Origin: Octopus vulgaris | Lineage: Eukaryota | Reading direction: 5' to 3' | Length of the DNA stretch: 64,000 nt | NCBI GenBank assembly: GCA_951406725.2 | Contig: OX597816.1 | Location: 124,062,001 to 124,126,000, forward strand | Part shown: positions 54,594 through 64,000 of the stretch, piece after piece | How positions within the stretch are numbered: position 1 is the first letter of the stretch | Layout: every line of letters starts with the position of its first letter | Notes under the pieces: generated by a model | Database searches by the model: none | Told to the model about the DNA's origin: nothing | The model's input: the letters and a program-made list of their open reading frames with translations, nothing else | Program-made: the position numbers and the translations under genes

Positions 54594-55403
54594 ATTCATA
54601 AACACGTATATATATGTGTATATTTATATTTATGTATATACATATAATTATATATGTACATATATAACCCTAACCCTAACCACATGCTTCTAGGCTCAGT
54701 CCCATTGCATGGCACCTTGTGCAAGTATCTTCTACTATAATCTCAGGCTGACCAAAGCATTGTGAGTGGATTTGGTAGATGGAAACTGAAAGAAGCCCAT
54801 TGTATGTGTGTGTGTCTGTGTGTGTGTATGTATGTATATATATGCATGCATGCATGTATGTGTATATACGTAGGCAGATAGATAAACAGATATTGAATGT
54901 TCATATATTATCATCTTATATCTACTCTCCATGCTTGCATGTATGCAAATATACTTGTGTGTATGTGTGTACGTATATACACGCATGTGTGTTTGTGTGT
55001 GCGTATGCATGTGTTATGTGTGTTTAAGTATGCAATAACACCATGTGTATGTGATTGTTTCGTATGTGATGAGAACATTCAAAGCATCTTGGTAGAGATT
55101 GTTATAACACAAAAATTATAATTGATAAAATACTCTACAAATCATTTTCTGAGATTACATCACAGTTGTTTAACCCTCACATCAGAAGCATTTCAAGTCA
55201 AAATAGAAGTAATTAAAATGGAATTTATTATTGGTATGTTGGGAGATGAGGGGTTAACTGAAGTAATCATCTGAGATTTTTGGCGCCCTTTATGAGTCGA
55301 AGCTAAGCATATACAGATCTATGTTTGCATGAACATGCTCAAGGTTAAATGCATACACACACATGAACATCTCAACATCCTCATATACATACACATTATA
55401 TAC

Positions 55404-55447
<44 letters not shown>

Positions 55448-55449
55448 TA

Positions 55450-56753
55450 CAGGGTTGGGCAGAGAGGATGGATGTTTTTGAAAATTTCACAAAATCATAA
55501 ATTTTAGCTACAAACAAATTTTACTGACATCAATGTGTTCGTATTGAATTAGCATTTGTCAAAATCAAGTCTGGAAAACAACATCCATCATGTTGATACA
55601 TTTCTGAAGGTTTTCTTGGGAGTTGGCCTTCACTCTCTCCAGCACTGCTCTGTTGAGTTGGGTGACTTCTACATGAATAGTTTCCTTCAAGTCATCAAGT
55701 GTATGAAGCTTATGCACATACACATGTGCCTTAAGGTTTTCTCACAAGAAATACTCATACATGGATAAATCAGGGGATCGAGGGGCCAAGGAATGTCAGC
55801 AAGCCTGGAAATGAGATGGTCACTAAAGAGAGGGTGAAGAACGTTCGTTGATGCTCTAGCTGTGAGGGCCATCATCCCATCCTGCTGAAATCACACATGT
55901 TGAATAGGCATATATTATCGTTGTAATTCAGGCACAAAGAAGTTGTTTATCATCTTGATGTAATGCTCAGAGATTACAGTAACAGCATTTCCATTACTGT
56001 CTTCTGAAAAGTAAGGACCAATGACAGCAGCTTTTCCAACACCACACCAGACCATCATTTTTGGGCTGTGCAGTGGTCTCTTGTGCAGTTCTCTCAGATT
56101 TTCAAGAGTCAAATAATGACAGTTCTGTTGATTCACCATGTTGTTGAAATGAAAATGAGCTTCATTACTCATTAACAAAATGAAGTTGTCATTTGCCTCA
56201 AAAATTGCTTCCATCTGACATGCGAAGTTAAGCTGTTGTGCATAGTTGCATATTTTCAACTGTTGCCCAAAGACCAATTTGTATGGGTGGAAATGCAGGT
56301 CTTTATGCAAAATATGCCTTACTGGTTGATTACCAATGCCAAGTTCAGTGGAATGCTTCTGAGTAGAGCAATTCAGAATCTATATCAATGCTTGTCTGGT
56401 GTGTTCTAGCTTTTCTGTACCATTCATGGCACCCCTACCAGTTTCCTATTCATTGGTGTACCTCGTGTACGAAGTGCATTCACCCAAAGTAAGATTGTGC
56501 TATGGGATTTCAGTAAATGTTGAAGTGGCACCAAAACTTACACTAAACTGCTGTGACAGACTCGTTATTCTTCATGTAACTGGCATAGGCTAACATGTGA
56601 TGCTCGATCATTCACAGCACCAAGGCTTCACCTGAAAAGGAACAAAAATGATAAGACACCACAGATCGAATGGTACCTGTTGGATATGTGTCCCTCCAAC
56701 TAGGGCTGAGTAATAGCCATTTAAAAAATTTCAATCAACTCCACCCCAACCTG
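55450..56753 (-). mobile_element. Near full-length Tc1/mariner-superfamily element (rosa/maT-like), decayed
   Basis: TA-flanked TIRs cagggttggg / cccaacctg; HPYK, SNEAHF, LHSPKMMVWCGV, IGPYF, FQQDG motifs. Confidence 0.85.
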
Positions 56754-56756
56754 TAC

Positions 56757-56794
<38 letters not shown>

Positions 56795-57378
56795 TGGGCC
56801 TCACTGAGACAATAACAAGTGACCGAGACCTTTGGGCTGAGACCCTTGTGCTTGAGAAGAGCTGGCAAGCCAAGTGGCCTTTTGCCAGTGCACTATAACC
56901 AGCCCATTTAAGAGTACCCTTCAATCATTCTGCAATAAACTGAACTTGCGAAGACTAGTTGAGGCAAGTGAATCATTGTCATGGCCGATGACAGTACCAC
57001 CTGATTGGCTCCCGTGCCAGTGGCATGTAAAAAGCACCATTCGAGTGTGATTGATGCCAGTGCCAGCTGACTGGCTCTGTGCCGGTTGCACATAAAAAGC
57101 ACCATCCAATCATGGTCATCGCCAGTGCCACCTGATTGGCTCCTGTACCCTTGGCAAGTAAAAAGCACCATTTAAACATGGTCGATACCAGTACCGTCTG
57201 ACTGTCCTTCAGGCTGGTGGCATGTAAAAAGCACCCACTACACTCTTGGAGTGGTTGGCATTAGGAAGGGTATCCAGATCGGATTGGAGCCTGGTACAGC
57301 CTTCTGGCTTGCCAGCCCCCCAGTCAAGCCGTCTAACCCATGCCAGCATAGAAAGTGGACCTTAAACGATGATGATGA
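56795..57378 (+). mobile_element. RTE-associated 3' UTR repeat
   Basis: Homologous to 43100-43705. Confidence 0.75.
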
Positions 57379-57394
57379 TATATATATACATATC

Positions 57395-58170
57395 ACAGTA
57401 CCATAGTATTGAGCACCCATCAATGCACTTCTAATTTTGCTTTGATTGCACCTTTCCATTCCATCTTGTCCTAAATTCCTTGACTAAATAGTCTCCCCAT
57501 CATCAGGGAGGCCTTCCAAGTGGCCTTTTCCAATCCTTTGGATCCCACTTGGCATCTGTTGAATTTTGTGACATGTATAACCCTGCAAAATTTATGCTTT
57601 TGATATTCTGTCATCACATCGTTCACTCCACTCCCTTCTTGAATTATCTCATTTCAAATGTTCTCTCTTAATGATATTCCTATCATGGATCTTTCCATGG
57701 CTCTTTACACCAAAGCCAATAAATGTTCTATCCTCTTCCTAATAGCTCACATCTCATTTGCATATAAGAATGCTGGTAGGGCAGTGCTACTGAAGGGCCT
57801 AGCATGTGTGACATTGTCTAGCTTTGTTTGGAGTACATCCTTTATTGAGGTAAATGCCTTCATTCTGCCTTTATTCTCTTTGAGGTTTCAGCCGCCATAT
57901 CTCAGCACATATTCACTGTGTGCTCTAAGTAGACATACTCCTTTACTTCCTAGATTTCATTTCTTCCCACCTCTAATAAGGGTCCCAATTTAGAAAGGTA
58001 TCAAGCAAGGAAATACCATCTCTCCAAAGCTTTTTACCATATGACTAGAAATACTCATTAAGTACATTGACTAACACACTTCTGATTTGCTGGTGACATT
58101 GTATTCATCATTGCTGAAACCAAAATATGTCAGACTTACCAAATCTGATCAAGATCTTAATAAGTATTTC
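57395..58170. mobile_element. RTE LINE fragment with internal inversion
   Basis: 57395-57990 is RTE C-terminus on minus (MERSMIGISLRE); 57990-58170 is RT on plus (KGIKQGNTISPKLF...FAGDIV). Confidence 0.6.
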
Positions 58171-59419
58171 TGCCTGTGCTGCATTTATCCACTCTTAACT
58201 ATTTCGATTTAGATATATATTTGGCAGTCTTAATTGCTTTATTATTAAACTCTTCTAAAATGGCAAGCTGGCAGAATTGTTAGTATGCCGAGCAAAATGC
58301 TTTGTAGCACTTCATCTGTCTTTTCGTTCTGAGTTCAAATTGCACTGAAGTTGACTTTGCCTTTCATCCTTTCAGGATCGATGTAATTGACTATCCATCT
58401 TCCCCAAATTTCATGCCGTGTGCCTATAGTAAAAAAGAATATTAAACTCTTCTCAACAGTCTATAAATTGCAATTTTTGCTTCCATTTTCATACTGGTTT
58501 GATTTTTTGAGTATCATCCTTTTTATGCTGTAATTCAGGATATCTGTCTTAAAGCCAAGATGTGTCTGGTGACATTAGTTGTGTACAGACAATCAGCTAT
58601 GGTGTCATGTTTTAAATTTGCCTTTAGTCATACTTATGTATTGCATGATGGTGAAACTTTGATTGTGATGTTAGTGTTCAGCTTTCACTTGAGAGAAAAA
58701 AACCTTTGTGTTGCATGCTTTATCTCATTGGCAAATGCTGCTATTCCTGTATGATACACTTTTTTTTATTCAGGTGTTACTGTGGCCGTGGGTTTGCAGA
58801 ATATGATATTTTGTAACTCAGCTTTATCATGTAATTGTTAAATAAACAATATCTGTGGTTAACTGGAAAATGATTTTATAGCAAGTTAAAAAGATTATAG
58901 TGACCTGTTTCTTTACAATGAGTGAGAAGGGAAATAACCAATAATGTTACATCTTGTTTTCTTTTAAGGGGATCATGTGTATGTTCCTATATTACTAATG
59001 ACTGATGTTATTTTATTCTTAAAACCATTGGCCTATATCATGCTATTGTGATTGGCATTTGACTGTCAGGATGTCTTTATTTGCTGACAGATTTAATATT
59101 CTGCTATCATTTTCAGTAAAGTTCTTGAAGCAAAATCCCTTGGTTGTTTATATATGATATGAATGTACTTGATAGTTGACACATACAGTGATATAAGATA
59201 ATGAAATAATTGATAGTATGTTCAATCACTTATGTTATATGAAACTATGCTATATATATAGATTTCAAAGGAATTTCAACATTGCATTTCATCTCAACGC
59301 TATGAAAGGCTTTTTCATAATCAACAAAAGTGATATGCAGAAAACTTGTATGCATTCACTCATTCTATGGGTTGTGTTAGAATGAATATATGGTCTATTG
59401 TACTTTAGTCCCTATAGAA

Positions 59420-60168
59420 ACCTGCTTGCTCTCTTTGATTCACAGATGACATTGTACTCATCACTGAAACTGCTGACTATGCTGTCTGAGCTGGACACCC
59501 ATAACTTAGCAGTAGAAATAGCATGTAAACAAAATATATGTGGTCAGAGGATTTAGCACAAGGCTGAATAGAAGTGGGAAGTGGTGAAATTGAGGAGGTA
59601 AAGGAGTACTTCTGCCTAGGATACACAATGAATATGTGCCAAGATGTGATGCTGAAATTACAAAGACAAAAGAATAAGAGCAGGATGGACGGATGTGCTC
59701 AAAACAAAGATTGACAATACCATGTGCCAGACTCTTCAATAACACCATTCTACCTTTGCTCTTATAGACATGAGGTTTGGGCTACTATGAAGAGGAAAGA
59801 ATATCAGTTGGCTTTGGTGCAAATTGCCAGAGGAAGATTCAAGTTAGGATCATATTTAAAATGAGATCATTCGAGAATGAACTGGAGTGAACAATGTGAA
59901 CATAAAATATTGAAAGCACAAGTTCCACTGGGTTAGACATGCTGCAAGGTTCACAGATAACAGGTGGACCCACGCACTTGCCAAATGGCATCCAAGATAT
60001 TGGAAAGGCTCCTTGGAAGGCTTCCAAGAGGATAAGAAGATTATTTTGTGAAATGATTTGGGTCAACATGAAAAATAATGGTACAATCAAGACAGGATTG
60101 TAAGTGCATTGTGACCAGCAGTGTATAACAGTATAACTGCATCTGATGATGTGGTCAGTACTGTGATA
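59420..60168 (+). mobile_element. RTE LINE 3' fragment
   Basis: FTDDIVLI, LFNNTILP, WVRHAAR, RWTHA; tail gtgaccagcag. Confidence 0.65.
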
Positions 60169-60467
60169 TATAGGTTAAAATCAAAACTGAAGTTGTTAAA
60201 AAGCAAATATTATGCAAATTGAAATATCAGAGTAAAATATAAATATAAGGAAATTAGAACAACAATTTGCACTTTACCTAATATTTCTGTATTTTGGGGT
60301 TCATATCATTTCATCAGGAGAAAATGCAAGCTGGTGGTGAGCTGCTGTCTTTTGCTCATCACTCAATGCTTCACTAAAACAACACAATGCTAATATATGT
60401 ATACACACACACTCATACAGATTTATGTGTATATGAATATATATATATATACATATATCTTCGATAT

Positions 60468-61117
60468 TTAGGTCTCACCAAGGAAATGACTAGAGACCGA
60501 GACCTATGGAAGTATGCTGTGCGTGAGAAGACCCGGCAAGACTAGTCAGGCCATAACCCGTGGCCCCTACCTGGGACGTAGTCAGTCCACCTGTGCATAC
60601 CTTCCTTCTTGTGACACTTGTGAAGACCTGTTGAGGCAAGTGAAAATCAAATCAAATCAAAAAATCAAAAAATCAAACAAAATCAAAATAGATGAACATC
60701 AATGGAATTTGTATCTTTGTGGTACCAGTGCCGGTGGCACACGAGAAAACCATCTGAACGTATCCAAGCGTGGTCGTCTGCTAGCCTTGTCTGGCACCTG
60801 TGTCGGTGGCACATAAAAACACCATCCGAGCGTGGCCGTTCGCCAGCCTCGTCTGGCACCTGTGTCGGTGGCATATAAAAACACCATCCGAGCGTGGCCG
60901 TTCGCCAGCCTCGTCTGGCACCTGTGTCGGTGGCACATAAAATCACCCACTACACTCTCGGAGTGGTTGGCGTTAGGAAGGGCATCCAGCTGTAGAAACA
61001 CTGCCAGATCTGACTGGCCTGGTGCAGCCTTCGGGCTCCCCAGACCCCAGTTGAACCGTCCAACCCATGCTAGCATGGAAAGCGGACGTTAAATGATGAT
61101 GATAATGATGATGATGA
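60468..61117 (+). mobile_element. Young RTE-associated 3' UTR repeat with near-identical subunits of about 62 bp
   Basis: gtctggcacctgtgtcggtggcacataaaa x3; (GAT)n tail. Confidence 0.85.
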
Positions 61118-61133
61118 TATATATATGCATACA

Positions 61134-61204
<71 letters not shown>

Positions 61205-63319
61205 TAAATAAAATCTGTATATGAAAATATACTTGTCTTTAAAAGTAAAATGAATCTGAGTGTGGTTAAAAACCAATTTAAAATGGAATGCAGTATGATT
61301 GGCAGCTGTCTAATTCCTGTTTTCATCCTAACTGGAATCATGTCAGAATGGCTGGTCTCATATAATTCTCATCCAATTGCAATCGACTATATGTAATTTT
61401 GATTTATTTTTAAATCCTTTGCTAGCCTAGTACTGGGTTGACTAAATGAATGTATTCCCTTGTCTAAGTAAAAAAAAAAAGATGAAAAATGAAAGATTGT
61501 ACAGAATACAAAAAATTTTAAAAAAAAGTGTAAGATACTCTTAACTCTACAATCTACTGTATCATATGAAGAATTGGACCACCTATATAATAATTAGATC
61601 TGTTAGAAATAATAGCTAAATTTACATTAAATTACATCTTGTCATGTTGTCTACTCTCAGGCCAGCTTTGATTGTAAAAAACCTGTGATCAAAGACATAC
61701 TTGATGTGAACATCCTGTCATTTTAGAACTACACAAGACTACATGATCTAATGTGTTTATGTATGTTTCACATTTTTATCATGGTGAAGGAAGGGGATAC
61801 GATTGATGATGTAGTTTTAGACTTGTAATGCATTAGAAGATGATGACATGGTCAGTGGGGTTGGCTTGGGGTTAAACACTAACACCATCAACAACAATTG
61901 TATTTGCAGTGTCTATGACACTGTCATCTACAAAAACAGACATTATAGTATAGAACACAACATATATTTGCTTTGTGGGGAATACTATCCCAGACCTTTG
62001 TTCCTCATTAGTTCTATAATCACCAAGTGGCCATCATTATTGATTAATTTTCTAGTTTCAATGATACAGTAATTATTAACTCCTTGGAGACAACACTCCA
62101 TTGTTATTAGAGCTACTAGACAAAATGTCTTGTGGCATTAACATACAGACCTTTACAATCTGAGTTCAAATACTACCAAGATCACCTTTGCCTTCCATCA
62201 TTTTGGGGTTGAATAAATAAATTATCAGTCAAATATTTGTGTCAATGTAATTAGTAAACCATCTCTAATGTCCAATTGCAGACTTCTGACTTTCTTTCTT
62301 CTCTTTATTTTAGTATTTTCATGGTAATTTCCTTTCCTGTAAGCAAAACAGAGGGAGATATATTCAACGTTTTTTATTTGTAACTTCAATGGATAGATGT
62401 TACATTACCTTAGACACTACAAAGAACGTGACTAATTTAAATATAGATGAACTAACTGAAATTTTAACTCCATGCAAACTATATTTCACCTTCAAGGCCC
62501 ATAAAACAAATTTTATATTGATCTATCAATTAGGACTAAATATTAATTAGACATTGTTAGCCAGGAAGATTTTAAATAAAGTGATCCATAAAGCCTCAGG
62601 AATTTTCCTTCTGCCCTTGTGGAACAGCATTATTTCATCATAAAATGGTTTAACCATCAAGCATTTACATTATTCTCTCAAATGTAATGTTTATTTATTC
62701 ACATTGTTTTAAATTAATTATAAAGTATCTTGTAGCTTCAAAATTTCAATCATGTGATTGCTTACTTTTTAGATTGACATTGTAGGATAGGTGTGAGAGG
62801 CCAAATCTGGTTTGTTTGAACATAAAGCTGAATATGGCCAATTTAAATGCTAATGGATTAATTCATACCAGTACTAATTCAACATTGTTGTTGACACCAT
62901 TATTCCAAAAGTCATAAATTTTTAATGACAGTCATATTCTCATTAGTGAATCCAATATTAAAACTGTAATGCATTTAAGAAAATGTTTATCATCTTTTGA
63001 CAGCAGCCAGTACATAGGCTAAAATGACATTGCATTTTTGATGTCAGCATTGGTTCAAATGACACAGCCGAAATTTCTGAATGAATTTGTTATTACATTT
63101 TGTTCTAAATTAAAGCTAAATTTAATTTTTGTATGGAGTGGGCTATGTTGGGGTGATGACATTTCTAACTTAATATGAATAACCAAACACTGATTCATTC
63201 AAGAAAAACTTTGATATATTTGAAAATATCAACTTAAACAATATGTTTAACACTTATATTAAATAATTGCATTGAGATTATATACGTTCTAATTATTTAC
63301 TTATGGGAATCCTTATGAT

Positions 63320-63738
63320 ATTAGGTTCAATCTCACAGAATGACACCTTGCAGCAAGTGACTCCTATTATAGTCCTAGGCTGAACAAAGCCTTGTTAGTG
63401 GATTTAGTAAATAGAAACTTAATGAAGCATGTCATATGTGTGTGTGTGTGTGCGTGTACAAGTTCATGTGTATTTATGTATATATATGTGTATGTCTGTG
63501 AGAGTGTTTCGTGTTTCCTTGTCTTGACATCCCATGAGAGTTGCAAGCAAGTGCCACTGTCATACAAGCAGTGTCATTCATTTCTAGGCTTCTATGAAAA
63601 GTATCTGGAGAAGGGGACATATTACCTTACTTGAAAACTGATGAGGGTTGGAAACAGGAAGAGCATCTAGCAATAGAAAATCTGCCTTAATATACTCCAT
63701 CTGACCCATGCAAGGATAGAAAAGTAAATGTTAAAACA

Positions 63739-63772
<34 letters not shown>
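63320..63772 (+). mobile_element. Old SINE: family A-like head with RTE-type (GAT)n tail
   Basis: ggttcaatc...aagccttgttagtggattt...aacaggaagagcatctag...gacccatgcaag...gatgatg. Confidence 0.55.
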
Positions 63773-63773
<1 letters not shown>

Positions 63774-64000
63774 GATAAATCTGAACCATTAAACAACAAG
63801 ACTAAACTATCCAACCAAAACTGTTAGCCCCTATGAAGCTTTATAAAAGATTTTTTTTAAAGATCAAATAAAGCCTATTACAAATAATAATAGCAATCTT
63901 AGATGAAAAAACAGAAAACAATATACTATGGTTTAATACTTCTATATGATCTTGAAGTAAGCATTTGCATTGTGAGAAAACCCCTAAACCATTTATATAG

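Noticed and set aside
60720-60945. Regularly spaced repeats resembling a CRISPR array (also 43310-43545 and 40195-40550)
   Set aside because: The spacers are near-identical and the units belong to the 3' UTR of a dispersed RTE-associated repeat in a eukaryote

Overview
Eukaryotic, AT-rich window saturated with microsatellites and transposons. The repeat families and composition look like a cephalopod (Octopus-like) genome, which is my inference. I see no intact protein-coding gene; almost all listed ORFs are (TA)n/(CA)n/(CAT)n artefacts. Recognisable content: decayed Penelope-like element (PLE) RT and GIY-YIG fragments, RTE/BovB, HERO-like and CR1/Jockey-like LINE fragments, two Tc1/mariner relics, a Tc1-like MITE, Helitron/Helentron relics, a Gypsy 3' LTR with PPT and deleted pol, and several tRNA-SINE families. 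The main signal is about 14 type I hammerhead-ribozyme (HHR) motifs from roughly 8 unrelated-looking sequence families. Most have a minimal stem III with a palindromic loop. They lie in tandem or fold-back (inverted) units, mostly flanked by (TA)n, and two loci lie next to GIY-YIG remnants. This fits a diverse set of PLE pseudo-LTR or retrozyme-like elements that also create long hairpins. All folds were read by eye; none was computed.
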